From: the human T2T-CHM13v2.0 reference genome, Homo sapiens
Direction: 5' to 3'
Length of the DNA stretch: 64,000 bases
NCBI GenBank assembly: GCA_009914755.4
Contig: CP068257.2
Span: 35,424,001 to 35,488,000 of the forward strand
The notes beneath the pieces were generated by a model. The model was given only the letters and a program-made list of their open reading frames with translations. It made no database searches and had not been told where the DNA came from. Within the stretch, counting starts at the first letter, position 1. Each line of letters opens with the position of its first letter. The position numbers and the translations under genes are program-made. Shown here one piece after another: positions 1-16,410 of the stretch.

Positions 1-303
1 CAAAGTTGGCCCCTTTCACCTGACAACTCTGGAGGCAGGCCTGAGCAGGTGGAGCGGCAGCTGAGGTGGGGCAGGTGTCAGTTGCTGCAGGCGGCTCTGG
101 GGAACAGTATTGGGCATTCCTTCTTCCACAGAGCTGAGTGTGGTTGATTCCACCTAGGATGGCCAGGCAGCCTCATCACACCAGAAGGGGTGGTTGGATA
201 TTTAGTGTTGAGCTGCCCAGGGACATGAGAGTGGGGGTGGCCACACATTCAAAAGCTGAGGTGCCCTGGGGAAAAACAAACAAACAACTCACTAATCCAC
301 TTA

Positions 304-645
<342 letters not shown>

Positions 646-1129
646 TTACATTTCAAACAGTACGGACATGGCACGGGGCCAGCTTCACCAGGCCATATGC
701 ACAGTGTGTTTGCCTGGGCCGGCTTGGCCCTGAGGTTTTCAGGTTGGTGACTATCTTGAGAACTGGCTGAGTACATCCTAAGACTTGCCTGGAAAGACCT
801 GGCTGGGGACACAGACCGCCTGAGAGTCGGCCCCAGGGCCCTCCTCCCCGAGGGATGACCCGGCCCATTTGCTTTTCTGAGTCAATTTCCCTGTGACCGT
901 CCCTTTTCCCTCTGCTCTGGGGGTGCAGCAGCCGTCCTTCTCTCTTCACAGCTGCCATCAGCCTCTGGTATCTTGGGGACCGCTCTGCTCCGCACCCAGA
1001 GCTGTCTGAGGAAGAGCTTTGTGGCCCTTGCCCCCACTGCCTTCTGTCCTGGACCCAGATACATCAGGCAGAACCCTGTGCAATGCTGATATGTGACCAG
1101 TTTGACCTATAAAAATGACTTTCCCATAG

Positions 1130-1546
<417 letters not shown>

Positions 1547-1646
1547 TAAAAATAGTGGGCATATAGACTCTCTAGAGATGGTAAAGCATAGTTTTTTCTG
1601 TCTGGGCCTGCCTTTCCTGGGGCCTTTTATTAATAGAGAACTTTGT

Positions 1647-1948
1647 GGCTGGGCACGGTGGCTCACGCCTGTAATCCCAGCACTTTGGGAGGCGGAGGCG
1701 GGCAGATCACCTGAGGTCAGGAGTTCGAGACCAGCCTGGCCAACATGGTGAAACCCCATCTCTACTAAAAATACAAAAATTAGCTGGGCATGGTGGCGCA
1801 CACCTGTAATCTCAGTTACTTCACAGGTTGAGGCAGGAAAATCACTTGAACCCGAGAAACAGAGGTTTCAGTGAGCCGAGACTGCACCACTGCACTCCAG
1901 CCTGGGCGACACAGCAAGGCTCCGTCTCAAAAAAAAAAAAAAAAAAAA
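1647..1948 (+). mobile_element. Alu SINE with 27-nt poly-A
   Basis: ggctgggcacggtggctcacgcctgtaatccc...cgtctc followed by a pure A run. Confidence 0.9.
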
Positions 1949-3351
1949 TTAGGGAACTTTGGGGATGTCTCCCAAGGCTACCACGCCTTCCAACTTGGCT
2001 GGACCAGATGGCTTCCCAGGGACAGCAGGCGGGCCAGGCCCAGGCTCGTAGAATCCCCATCTTGGGGCTCAGTCTCTGGTTCCCCTCTTCTGGTCTCTCC
2101 TGGCTGTGCTTTCATTCTGCAGCTCTCTCTTGGCCCTGCCCTGCCTCTCTCTGCCTTCCCCATGAATGCCCCCAAGGAGTCCCACGGCTCAGGCTTCCTG
2201 TCTGACCTTGCGGTCACTTCCTCCCTGTGTCCTGGAGGCTCCTGGGTCCAGCCACCATCCCTGGCCCACTGCTCTCTGTCCTGAGTGTTTTGCCCACAAC
2301 ATTTTTCTGGCCAGGCTGATAAGTCCAGAAAAGTTCAGTTTCCTTACCTGCGCTGTGGCTTTCTCTTGAAGTCAGGTGTCTTACACGGCAGGGGCCAACC
2401 TTGGAAGCCTGGCTGACTTGACTTGCTGCCTCCTGTCTTTCTCCTGTTCCTGAGCCCCCGCAGAGGCCGTCTCTATTTTAGGCATTAGTCCCTGCTGGCC
2501 TTGCTCTGATACCCAGTCCAGGTTGCACATTGCTTAGGGCCCTGCACTAGCAAGGACAGAGGACAGCTGGCCACCCCCCCCCCCCGAAACCTGCCTCCTC
2601 AGGGTCACTTTCCATCTCTCCTCAGGTGCCTGCCCCCTACCCAGGGACCCCCATCAATGGGCCCTGTCGGAATTTCCATCCAGGGCCCTCACAGGGAATC
2701 TGGTTAGAGATCAGAGGGGCTGCCAGGCAGAACAGGGGCACAGCCCATGCTGAGCTGTCCTGAGATAAGGGGTGGCTTCTGCCTGGGCAGCGGCCACTGC
2801 CCTGGGCCTCTCCTGACTGCCACGAGCCTGGACAGCAGGAGTTGTCCTTGCACCCCTGTAGGTCCCCAGAATGCTTGCAGTCTTCACAGCCTGTACCCTG
2901 CCACTGGGCCAACAGTGACCAACCTGGCCAAACATCCCGTGGACCCCTCTTTCCATATGCCCTCCTTTGTCACTGGCTGCTTGTTCATTGAACCACTTGA
3001 GTCATTCACTAAGAATGCATTGAATACCTACTATGTGCCAGGTACCATTCTAGGCCTTAGGGACATAGTGGTGAATAGGGCAGGTGACCCTCCCCCCACC
3101 CCCCAGAGCTCAAAGTCTAGTGGGAACACAAGTAATGAAACCAATGATCCTCTAAGTGGGATCTGCGTACTGGGGCCTAGCCACGGCCTGTGTTACCAGC
3201 CTGCGATGAGGTGGCCAGGAGTTGAGAGAAATGTTGAGAAACTTCTATAAGAATTTGACAGGGAAAGTTTTTGTTTATTGAGTCTAGTTTAAAAAAAAAA
3301 ATCAGGTTTCTATTGTTTGTCTTTTTTTTTAATTTTATTTTTCTAGCAATT

Positions 3352-3432
3352 CTTTTTTTTTGTTTGTTTTTGAGATGGAGTCTCACTCTGTCGCCCAGAC
3401 TGGAGTGCAGTGGGGTGATCTCGGCTTCCTCT
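3352..3432 (-). mobile_element. Alu fragment (about 80 bp, antisense right-arm end)
   Basis: tttgagatggagtctcactctgtcgcccagactggagtgcagtggggtgatctcggc. Confidence 0.7.
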
Positions 3433-3718
3433 GCTGCTACGAGGTGAAGCCAAGACAGGCCAACAAGCAGGGGCACGGTCCTATCAGCAGCAGCAGCTGG
3501 GGGTAAGTGTCTGAGGGATTCTCGGAGGAAGTGTTCACGTGCAGTAAAAGATGCCCAGGTTTGGGGTGAGCCCAGAGCAGACATGTGTGGTTTGCACATC
3601 CTTCCTTTTTCTGGTTGCAAAGCAAAAGGCAGATGCATCCTGACTCCACTGGGGTACTCAATTGTCCCATTCAGAAGGACATCATGATAAAGCAACATCT
3701 CACCAACAGTCCAAGCCC

Positions 3719-3833
3719 CTGCTCATTTCAGCTGCACGTATACTACAACTGGAATGATACAGAGAGGATTAGCATGGCTCCTGTGAAAGGATGACACACA
3801 AATTCATGAAGCGCTCCACATTAAAAAAAAAAA
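3719..3833 (+). pseudogene. U6 snRNA retropseudogene (RNU6-like) with poly-A tail
   Basis: Sequence cTGCTCAtTTCaGCtGCACgTATACTAcAAcTGGAAtGATACAGAGAgGATTAGCATGGCtCCTGtGaAAGGATGACACaCAAATTCaTGAAGCGcTCCAcATT aligns end to end with the 107-nt U6 snRNA. It is followed by an 11-nt poly-A instead of U6's 3' oligo-U, which indicates an L1-mediated retrocopy. No PSE/TATA promoter is obvious upstream. Confidence 0.8.
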
Positions 3834-4275
3834 GTCCAATCCTGAGACAGGTTTTTAAGAGCAGCTTTCTTGCAAAGGTTTAGCATGCAAACGACTTTTA
3901 AAGAAACTTTTTATGCCTTGGACACTTACTGACTGAGATAAGATGCTGCCAAGATGGAATTCTCTTTATGGAAGGATTTCCTCAAAGATACTATGTTGTG
4001 CAACCGGAAAAGAAAAGCTAAAGCACGGAAAAGGGAATTTGAACTCATAATTTTTCTGAGAAATAAGAGTAGGGTCTGATTCATAGATACGTTGGTTTAT
4101 CTGGCCTTCTATCAGTTGATGTTTGCGGGCTACAAAAAAGTGGCAATGGGTGCCCTTGCCAATGATACGGATGCTCCAGAAGTTTCTAAAGTATCTTGTA
4201 AATCTCCAAAAGGAAAAGCACATTATTTTACGTAATTTAAGAATTGTGCTTCCTATATTCTTTTTTTAAAAAAAA

Positions 4276-4507
4276 CATGCAGTCTGGGAAACATAGCAAG
4301 ACGCATCTCTACACACACAAACACACACAAAAATTAGCTGGGTGTTGTGCCACATGCCTGTAAGTCCCAGCTACTCAGGAGGCTGATGCAGGAGGATCAG
4401 TTGAGCCCAGGGGTTCAAGGCTGCAATGAGTTATGATCATGCCACTGAACTCTCTAGCCTGGGTGAAAGAGTGAGACCCTGTCTCAAAACAGACAAACAA
4501 AAAATGT
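4276..4507 (+). mobile_element. Alu partial (3' two-thirds)
   Basis: Begins inside the left monomer (...ctgggaaacatagcaagac) and runs through the right monomer to ...gagaccctgtctcaaaacagacaaacaaaaaa. Confidence 0.75.
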
Positions 4508-7500
4508 GGTAAGCTGCAATGGAGACCTATTTACAAATTGGTGTGTGTCTACAATCTGAGTAATATATTTCTTCTCTTTGCATTTTGCTACCCTGACATA
4601 GAAGAGTTTGCCAGGCTACTTTCATTGTTGCTGAAGGTCTTTACATATTACAGAAAGTTGCTGCAAATCATTTACAAAAGATGATTTAGGCAGGTTTAAA
4701 TTAGGCAACTCGAGTAGGGATCATTATGGCGGATGGGAGGCGGGACTAGGTTGTAGCTCCAACTCGAATGGACAGAGCAATGGGCGGAGGCTCGCATAGT
4801 GAATTTTAGCTCCAAATTGACTGCAAGAACAAATCGGCAATCTTGAGAGAACCCACAGACTCTCTGTCTCCTGCAGGACCCAGGAGACACCCCAAATACT
4901 GTGAGCGCCCCAACTGCAGAAGTGGGAAAGGGAGATCCTTTTCCCCTGAACACACACCCCCACTGGAGAAACTAAAGGTCTGTTTGCGGGAGAAGTTTCT
5001 GACCTTACCTGGAGCTGAGTCAAGTTAGAGAGCCAAGCGAAATACAGGGGTAGAGGAAGCACTGGGAAAGGCCTTGGGAACTCGCTGGGTCCCCAAGCAG
5101 GCCATTGCCGCCTGGCACCGCAGGGACCCATTGGGAGAGCAGCTAGAGTGGGGGGATATGCTACAGGGAGAAGGAAATCTCCAGCTGAACTGGGGCGAGA
5201 AGCCTCCCCGTCAGAACTCAGGGGAGGGCATGAATCCAGGGTGCAGATTCCACAGGCAGGGGAAGAACCATGCCCTTTTCTTTCGCAGCTGGGAGGCAGG
5301 TAGCCCGGGGCAAGTTCTCAAGCCTGTGTCGCCCACTGCTTGGAAACAGACTCTGTTAGTGGTGCATGGTGGGAGTGAGACTGGCCCTTTTTTATTGCAT
5401 GGGAGCTGGGTGAGGCCTGTAACTGCCAGCTTTCCCCCACTTCCCTGACAACCTGCATGACTCAGCAGCAGCCACAATCCTCCTAGGTACACAACTCCAC
5501 TGACCTGGGAAACTCACCTCCATCCCCCAAAGCAGCTGCAGCAAGACCCGCCCAAGGAGAGTCTGAGCTCAGACACACCTAACCCTGCCCCCACCTGATG
5601 GCCCTTCCCTACCCACCCTGGTAGTGAAGACAAAGGGCATATGCTCTTGGGAATTCTAGGGCCCCATCCATGGCTGGTTCCTCTCCACAGTACCATAGCT
5701 GATGCTCTCTGGAAAGTGCTACCTCCCCGGCAGGAGGCCAACCAGCACAAAAATAGAGCATTAAACCACCAAAGCTAAGAACCCTCACGGAGTCCATTGC
5801 CTACCCCCTGCCACCTCCACTGGAACAGGTGCTGGTATCCATGACTGAGAGACCCATAGATGGTTCACATCCAGGACTCTGTGCAGACAACCCCCAGTGC
5901 CAGCCTGGAGCCGGGTAGACTTGCTGGGTGGCTAGACCCAGAAGACAGACAACAATCACTGCAGTTCGGCTCACAGGAAGCCACATCCATAGGAAAAGGG
6001 GGAGAGTACTACAACAAAAGAACACCCCGTGAAACAAAAGAATCTGAACAACGGCCTTCAGCCCTAGACCTTCCCTCTGACAGAGCCTACCCAAATGAGA
6101 AGGAACCAGAAAACCAACTCTGGTAATATGACAGAACAGGGCTCTTTAAACCCCCCACAAAAATCACACTAGTTACCAGCAATGGATCCAAACCAAGAAG
6201 AAATCTCTGATTTACCTGAAAAAGAATTCAGGAGGTTAGTTATTAAGCTAATCAGGGAGCACCAGAGAAAGGCGAAGCCCAGTGCAAGGAAATCCAAAAA
6301 TCAATACAAGAAGTGAAGGGAGAAATATTCAAGGAAATAGATAGCTTAAAGAAAAAACAATTAAAACTTCAGGAAATATTGGACACACTTATAGAAATGC
6401 AAAAAGCTCTGGGAAGTCTCAGCAATAGAATTGAACAAGTAGAAGAAAGAAATTCAGAGCTTGAAGACAAGGTCTTCGACTTAACCCAATCCAACGAAGA
6501 CAAAGAAAAAAGAATATGAAAATATGAACAAAGTCTCCATGAAGTCTGGGATTGTGTTAAACAACCAAACCTAAGAATAATTGGTGTTCTTGAGGAAGAA
6601 GAGAAATCTAAAAGTTGGGAAAACATATTTGGGGGAATAATCAAGGAAAACTTCCCCAGCCTTGCTAGAGACCTAGACATCCAAATACAAGAAGCACAAA
6701 GAACACCTGCAGAGTTCATTGTAAAAAGATCATTCCCTAAGCACACGGTCATCAGGTTATCCAAAGTTAAGAAGAAGGGAAGAATCTTAAGAGCTGTGAG
6801 ACAGAAGTACCAGGTAACCTATAAAGGAAAACCTATCAGATTAACAGCAGATTTCTCAGTAGAAACCCTACAAGATAGAAGGGATTGGGGCCCTATCTTC
6901 AGCCGCCTCAAACAAAACAATTATCAGCCAAGAATTTTGTATCTAGAGAAACTAAGCATCACATGTGACTGAAAGATACAGTCTTTTTCAGACAAACAAA
7001 TACTGGGAGAATTTGCCACTACCAAGCCACCACTACAAGAACTGCTAAAAGGAGTTCTAAATCTTGAAACAAATCCTGCAAACACATCAAAACAGAACCT
7101 CTTTAAAGCATAAATCACACAGGACCTATAAAACAAAAATACAAGTTAAAAAGCAGAAACAAAAAACAAAAAACAAACCCAAAGTACACAGGCAACAAAT
7201 AGCATGATGAATGCAATGGTACCTCATATCTCAATACTAACATTGAATGTAAATGGCCTAAATGCTCCACTTTAAAGCTACAGGACTGGAGAATGGATAA
7301 AAACTCACCAACCATCTGCTGCCTTCAGGAGACTCACCTAACGCATAAGGACTCACATAAACTTAAAGGGGTGGAAAAAGGCATTGCATGCAAATGGACA
7401 CCAAAAATGAGAAGGAGTAGCTATTCTTATTTCAGACAAAACAAACTTTAAAGCAACAGCAGTTAAAAGAGACAAAGAGGGACATTATATAATGGTAAAA

Positions 7501-8980
7501 GGCCTTGTCCAACAGGAAAATATCACAATGTTAAACATATACGCACGTAACACTAGAGCCCCCAAATTTATAAACAATTAAGAACAGACCTAAGAAATGA
7601 GATAGACATCAACACAATAAGAGTGGGGGACTTCAGTACTCCACTGACAGCACCAGACAGGTCATAAGACAGAAAGTCAACAAAGAAACAGATGAATTTA
7701 AACTATACCTTGGAACAAATGGGCTTAACAGATATATACAGAACATTTCATCCAAAAACCACAGAATGCACATTCTATTCAACAGCGCATGGAACTTTTT
7801 CCAAGATAGACCATATGATAGGCCATAAAATGAGCCTCATATAATTTAAGAAAATTTGAAATTATATCAAGCACTCTCTCAGACCACAGTGGAATAAAAC
7901 TGGAAATAAACTCCAAAAGGAACCTTCAAAACCATGCAACTACATGGCAATTAAATAACCCGCTCCCGAATGAGCATTGGGTCAAAAACAAAATCAATAT
8001 GGAAATTAAAAAGTTCTTAGAACCAAACAACAATAATGACACAACCTATCAAAACCTCTGGGATACAGCAAAGGCAGTGCTAAGAGGAAAGTTCATAGCC
8101 CTAAACACCTACATCAAAAAGACTGAAAGAGCTCAAACTGACAATCCAAGGTCACGCCTCAAGGACTAGAGAGATAAGAACAACCAAACTCAAACCTAGC
8201 AAAAGAGAGGAAATAACCAAGATCAGAGCAGAACTAAATGAAATTGAAACAAACAAACAAACAAACACATACAAAAGATAAATGAAACAAAAAGCTGGTT
8301 CTTTGAAAAGGTAAATAAAATTGATGACCATTAGCAAGATTAACCAAGGAAAGAGAAAAAATCCAAATAACTTCATTAAGAAATGAAACAGGAGATATTA
8401 CAACTGACACCATGGAAATACAAAAGATCATTCAAGGCTACTATGAACACCTTTATGCACATAAACTAGAAAACCTAGAAGAGATGGATAAATTCCTGGA
8501 AAAACACAACCCTCCAAGCTTCAATCAGGAAGAATTAGATACCCTGAACAGACCAATAACAAGCAGCAAGATTGAAATGGTAATAAAAAAATCTACCAAC
8601 AAAAAAAGGTCCAGGATCAGACGGATTCACAGGATAATTTTACCAGACAGTCAAAGAATTGGTACCAATCCTTTTGACACTATTCCACAAGATAGAGAAA
8701 GAAGGAACCCTCCCTAATTCATTCTACGAAGCCAGCATCACCCTAATACCGAAGCCAGGAAAGGACATAACCAAAAAAGAAAACTACACACCAATATCCC
8801 TCATGAACATAGATGCTAAAATCCTTAATAAAATACTAGCTAACCGAATCCAACAGCATATCAAAAAGATAATCCACCATGATCAAGTGGGTTTCATACC
8901 AGGGATGCAGGGATGGTCTAACATCCGCAAGTCAATACATGTGATGCACTACATAAACAGAATTAAAAACAAAAATCACA

Positions 8981-9314
<334 letters not shown>

Positions 9315-9568
9315 TTAGACAAAATCCAGCACCCCTTAATGATTAAAACTCTCAGCAAAATCAGCATACAAAGTACATACCTCAGTGTAATAAAGGCCAT
9401 CTATGACAAACCCACAGCCCACATAGTACTGAATGGGGAAAAGTTGAAAGCATTCTCTGCCCCCGAGAACTGGAACAAGAAAAGGATGCCCACTGTCACC
9501 ACTCTTCTTCAACATTGTAATGGAAGTCCTAGCCAGAGCAATCACACAAGAGAAAGAAATAAAGAGCA

Positions 9569-9945
<377 letters not shown>

Positions 9946-10211
9946 TTACCTTGAAAACCCTAATGACTCCTCCAGAAAGCTCCCAGAACTGATAAAAGAA
10001 TTCAGCAAAATTGCTGGATACAAGATTAATGTACGCAAATTAGTAGCTCTTCTATATACCAACAGCGACCACGCAAATATCAAATCAAGAACTCAGCCCC
10101 TTTTACAATAGCTGGGAAAAACAAAAAACAAAAAACCTAGGAATATACCTAGTCAATGAGTCTAAAGACCTCTACAAGGAGAACTACAAAACACTGCTGA
10201 AAGAAATCACA

Positions 10212-10541
<330 letters not shown>

Positions 10542-11135
10542 CTACAACAAATTTAAACAAATCAGTAAGAAAAAAACAATCCTATCAAAAAGTAGGCTAA
10601 GGACACGAATAGACAATTCTCAAAAGAAGATATACAAATGGCCAACAAACATATGAAAAAATGTTCAACATCACTAATGATCAGGGAAATGCAAATTAAA
10701 ACCACAATGCGATACCATTTCACTTCTGCAAGAATGGCCATGATCAAAACACCGAAAAACAGTAGATGTTGGTGTGGATGCAGTGATCAGGGAACACTTC
10801 TACACTGCTGCTGGGAAGGTAAACTAGCACAACCACTATGGAAAACAGTGTGGAGACTCCTCAAGGAACTGAAAGTGGAACTACCATTTGATCCAGCAAT
10901 CCCACTGCCGGGTGTCTACCCAGAGGAAAAGAAGTCATTACATGAAAAAGATACTTGCACACGCATGTTTATAGCAGCACAATTCACAATTGCAAAGTCA
11001 TAGAAACAACCCAAATGCCCATCAAAGAGTAGATAAAGAAACTATTTTATATATATGTGTGTGTGTGTGTGTGTGTACACACACACAGTGGAATACTACT
11101 CAGCCATAAAAAGGAATGCATTAACAGCATTTTCA

Positions 11136-11436
<301 letters not shown>

Positions 11437-11544
11437 TTAACATAAAAAAAAGAAGAAACACAGACAAAAAATAATAAATTAGGCAACTCCATAGCCATTT
11501 TTATTCTTGAAAAAGAATTACCTTGTGTGTAAAGGGAATTTTCT

Positions 11545-11716
11545 TTTATTTCCTTGTTTTCTTGTTTTGTTAAGAGATAGGGTCTCGTGGTGTCACCCAG
11601 GCTGGTGCCATCATAGCTCACTGCAGCCTTGAACTCCTGGGCTCAAGCAATCCTCCCACCTCAGCTTCCCAAATCACTGGGATTATAGACCTGAGCCACC
11701 CACCGTACCTGGCCTG
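11545..11716 (-). mobile_element. Alu-derived fragment (about 140 bp, monomer-like) with TSD gtgtaaagggaattt / tgtgaagggaattt
   Basis: gagatagggtctcgtggtgtcacccaggctggtgccatcatagctcactgcagccttgaactcctgggctcaagcaatcctcccacctcagcttcc...ggcc. A T-rich leader and direct repeats flank it. Confidence 0.65.
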
Positions 11717-12705
11717 TGAAGGGAATTTCCTAAATGAGTTTGAAAGTTTAAGTCGTGTCATACAAATAAGTGATTTCAGCCTCCTAGGCTGCCAGGAAGC
11801 TCTTAATATAAGTTTGCTAAGTAAATTCCTGTGAAACCGTAGCCTGTCAGCTATCCAAACCATACTTTGTAATTTCTCTGAACTCATTTCATTAATTCTC
11901 AAAATGATCATGGAAGATCTACTGTCATTTTCTTGAAAAATTAAAACATAAAATGCTTATTAAATAAACAATCAATACGTGATGTGGACAAGTGAACAGT
12001 CATGCTTTGTTGGTGGGAATGTAAAATTGAGGCTACCTTCCTGGCAATTTGGCAATCCATAAGAGTTTCAGAAATTTTATATCCCGTTATCCTTCTAAAA
12101 CTCTTTCCTAAGGACAAATCAGAGATAAGGATAAAGATTTTTGTTCAAGAATATTTGCTGTTAGGACATTTATAAAAATGAAAATTTAGAACCATCTCAA
12201 AAGTCTAATAATAGAGACTTTGTAAAATAAATGTTAGTGCATCCACCTGATGCAATTATAATATAGCTGTTAACTGTTCACAATATCATATTATTTTTAA
12301 AATGAGGAACACAAAATTATATTTACAGTGTGATCCCAGTTTTTTTGTTAAATATACATCTATAACACACACATACGCTTATAAGGACTTATACAAGACT
12401 ATTAAGAGTAATTATCTTTGGGTGATGGATTATGGGTGATTTGAATTTTTTGTTATTCTCTATAGTTTTAAAATTCTCTACAATGAATAGACATTACTTC
12501 TAAAATAAGTGATACTTATTAAAACAATAAAAATATTTAAAAATCAACCATCTGGTAACATTCCATTTTCATTACTTATGTAGACTTAAAAGACTATAAT
12601 CATGAAATGACCTTAGCTAAAATTTTAGAGACTTTTAATCAAGGGTATTTCTGAAATAGTCTATCGATTCGTAGAGAGTGTAGCCGATGGGCTTCATTAG
12701 TGCCT

Positions 12706-12947
<242 letters not shown>

Positions 12948-14594
12948 TAAGTTATTTGGTTCATGACATTGTCTTGATTAACCCAACAGAAAAAAATCTG
13001 ATTTAGTCCAACACACGAACTACCACTAATCTTATTGGTGACAAGAAGCTCCTGATAAGGATGAGCTGAAGAGGTGAAAATGAGGGCAAGTTTTGGGATT
13101 TAACTTCACTGAAACCATTTTCTTTGAAGGATTGGATATCTGATCTGATGTCGTTTACTTCAGATCTTTGAACAAATCATTACACAGGTATGTTTGGGAA
13201 GGAAGGAGTTAAGTCTAAAAAGAGTGCTTGATTCAGGATTTGTTTTGGAATCACTTATCTATTGGGTTGCTGACAGCAATAAACATTTTCTAAATACCTA
13301 AAGGAATGAAAGTAGAGTGTCACCCAGTGAGAAGGTGGCAGGTGAAACTTGGTTATTTCTTTATATTAGTTCGGCTGAATGTTAGAGTTAAAAAAACCCT
13401 AAAACAAAACAAAACAGATAAAAGTTGCCTTTTAAATTTGTCACGCATCTGTCGCTGGTGTGTGGTCCTTTATAGTGTCCAAGATGGTCTATGGAAGATA
13501 TTTATTTTGTAAAACAAAGTTCGAAAAGGCAAAGAGATCATCAACTTAGACCAAACATGCAATAACTCCTGTAAATGGATTGTCAGCAGGCATTGACATA
13601 CATTGTCTATTTTGGCCAGGAAGAGGTGGAGTTATTCTCAAGGTTAAGTAAAGGTCATCTCTCTCTACCATACTGCCACTCAGCAGTGATGGAAAAGCAA
13701 AGCCTGAAGTTGGGTACCGGGAAATTTCACTTGGGAGACGGATGGCCCAGTCTGTCTGTGCACTCAGGTCATCTTGGTTAGTTTTCCCATAATTGTACTA
13801 GATCAGCAGTCAAGTGAAATGCCAGATTCATCACTGATAGAATCTCTGTCCTGGGTTGACAGTCCTTTAATTTGTGTGCCTTTGTGGCCAGAGGCCATTA
13901 TTTCTAATTGCCTTTTTGTCCTGTAGCAGTTCATCTATCTTTCACACACACCAAATTTAATCTTCATGTTAGACAATGATGGGGAATTTGGGCTGAAGTT
14001 GTTATCAAATGAGTTTCATAAGCTTTAGTAACCTCAGGGAAAAAAAATCTTAAAAGACTTACCAAAATTTGAAAATAGTAAACAATGATGGCTTTCTAGT
14101 AATTTAAGGTTGTTACAGGATCTCCATACTGATAATTCAAAATATCTGGGTCAATGATTTGACTCCTTAACGTATGAAAAAAGGCTTACACTTCTCTTAT
14201 TGCACCTACAATTTAATTATAACACATATGATGATTTCTGATAGGAATGTCTGATTTTTTTTTTCTTCTTCACTCAACAACCATATATATATATGGTAGC
14301 TACCTTGAGGTAGGCACTGAGACCCAAGATGAATCAATCAAGTCCCTGTGAAGACAAATGAAACAGCCGAGTCTGCCTTTGGACCAGGTTGTGTACCACA
14401 GGGTACATTCGGAGAGAAATGGAAGCCCGTCTGGGGGTGTGGGTAGGGCCAGGGAACATGGAGGGAGCAGCAGTGAGACCATGGGATAGGCTCTGTGAAT
14501 ACCAGGAGTTTTACCCACTCCACCTGATTCAGCCCTGGAGATAGTGGAGAGAGGGGTCTCCATCTAACAGGTGAGGAAACAGAGCATTAGGCGG

Positions 14595-14948
14595 TGATAT
14601 AGTTTGGCTCTGTGTCCCCACCCAAATCTCATCTTGTAGCTCCCATAATTCCCACATGTGGAAAAGACCAGTGGGAAATAATTGAATCATGGAGGCAAGT
14701 CTTTCCCATGCTGTTCTCGTGATAGTGAATGAATCTCATGAGATCTGATGGTTTTAAAAACGGGAGTTTCGCTGCACAAGCTCTCTCTCTTTGCCTGCTG
14801 CCATCCATGTAAGACCTGACTTGTTCCTCCTTGCTTTCCACCATGATTGTGAAGCTTCCCCAGCCACACGGAACTGTAAGTCCACTAAACCCCTTTTCCT
14901 ATATAAAGTCTCAGGTATGTCTTTATCAGCAACATGAAAACTATTACA
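14595..14948 (+). mobile_element. THE1/MST-family MaLR solo LTR
   Basis: Starts tgatatagtttggctctgtgtccccacccaaatctcatcttgtagctcccataattcccacatgtgg. Contains ...gtctttcccatgctgttctcgtgatagtgaatgaatctcatgagatctgatggttttaaaaa...ccatgattgtgaagcttccccagccacacggaactgtaagtccactaaacc. Ends ...ctattaca (TG...CA termini). Confidence 0.8.
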
Positions 14949-15577
14949 GGGGGTGAACACTCCCATGGCCTCACACAGCAAGAAGGAAGATGGGAGCACT
15001 TGAGACCCAGTGTCCAGATTTGTGAGTTGAGTTGGTCCAGCTGAGCTGGGGTGATGGGAAGCAGTTGGGGTCAGGAAGCTGCACAAAGGTCCCAGTCGCC
15101 CAGCCGACCAGGACAGAAAATGCTGAACTGTGAAACTATTTGGGACTTGTCTTTTTTTTTTTTTTTTAATGGAAAGGACTTCTCTGCACATGCGTTCACT
15201 TTCCTGCCCATGCCAGCAGCTCAGTGGCCCCATTTTTCGGGTGAATGTTGCAGGCATGGTATAAAACCCATTCCATTTCCCGCATTAACTTTGCACAAGC
15301 CACATGGTCTCTTTTCTCTCAGATCCTTCACACGGCTGTTGTGAAGAGGGGTGGAAGAGAAATTTACATTCCAACCTTCAGAGACAAGTCAGCCAAATTA
15401 TGCCAAGGCCTCTGTCCCTCCATCTGTCCATCCATCCGTCCATCCATTAGAGCCAGGGCAAGTAGCATAGGGCTCTGGGTGGACGGCCCCCAAGATGTGC
15501 TTTACCTCCACCGCCACTTTCTCTGCCTGGCTTACTCATTCACTGGGCAGGTATTTATCGAGGGCCCTTCTGCATAC

Positions 15578-15775
15578 CAGGCCTCCTGCCTCAGCCTCCT
15601 GAGTAGCTGGGATTACAGGCGTGCACCACCCTGCCCGGCTAATTTTTGTATTTTCAGTAGAGATGGGGTTTCACCATGTTGGTCAGGCTGGTCTCAAACT
15701 CCTGACCTTGTGATCTGCTCGCCTCAGCCTCCCAAAGTGCTGGGACTACAGGCATGAGCCACCGTGCCTGGCCTT
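15578..15775 (-). mobile_element. Alu partial (antisense, about 200 bp)
   Basis: ggcctcctgcctcagcctcctgagtagctgggattacaggcgtgcaccaccctgcccggctaatttttgtattttcagtagagatggggtttcaccatgttggtcaggctggtctcaaactcctgacc...gcctggcc. Confidence 0.85.
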
Positions 15776-16261
15776 AGGTAGTTCTTTATAGCAATGCGAG
15801 AACATGTCCTTAGAGGACAGAGGCCATGGGAGGTTTGATGGATACTGAAGGGGAGCACCCACAGGACCACTGAGGCAGGCAGTGGCGAGACGCAGCCACA
15901 AACCAAGGCTGTGTGATGTAGCGTAAGGCTGGACAAGGCCAGGCAGTGTCCCCTCCCACTTCCGGAGGGAGTTTGGCCCTGCTGAGGCCTTGATGGCTCT
16001 GAAGCTCATCTCAGTCTTGTGACCTCCAGGACTGCGAGATAATCCATTTCTATTGTTTAAAGCCACTTAGTTTGAGGCGATTTGTTACTGCAGCCCCAGG
16101 AAACAAATACAATGATGGACAGGAATTGGTGGAGATGAAGCAGTTTCCAGAGTGGTGAACACAGTGAGGAAAAGTGTGGGGTACAATAGCGATTACCATT
16201 ACTCAAGGCCTGACTGTGGCCCAAGCACAGTTTTAAGCATTTTATATACTTCCTGTTTCCC

Positions 16262-16410
16262 AGTAGCCTACACAATAAGTGATGTTTTACAGATGAAGAA
16301 ACCGAGCTCAGAGAGGTAATGTAACCTGCCCAAGGTACACTGGCAGGAAGTAGTGTAGCTGGGACTTGAGCTCAGTTCTAATGGATTCCCAAAGCCCATG
16401 CTCTTTTCAC
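16262..16410 (-). mobile_element. MIR SINE fragment
   Basis: ttttacagatgaagaaaccgagctcagagaggtaatgtaacctgcccaaggtacac... matches the reverse complement of the MIR core. Confidence 0.6.
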
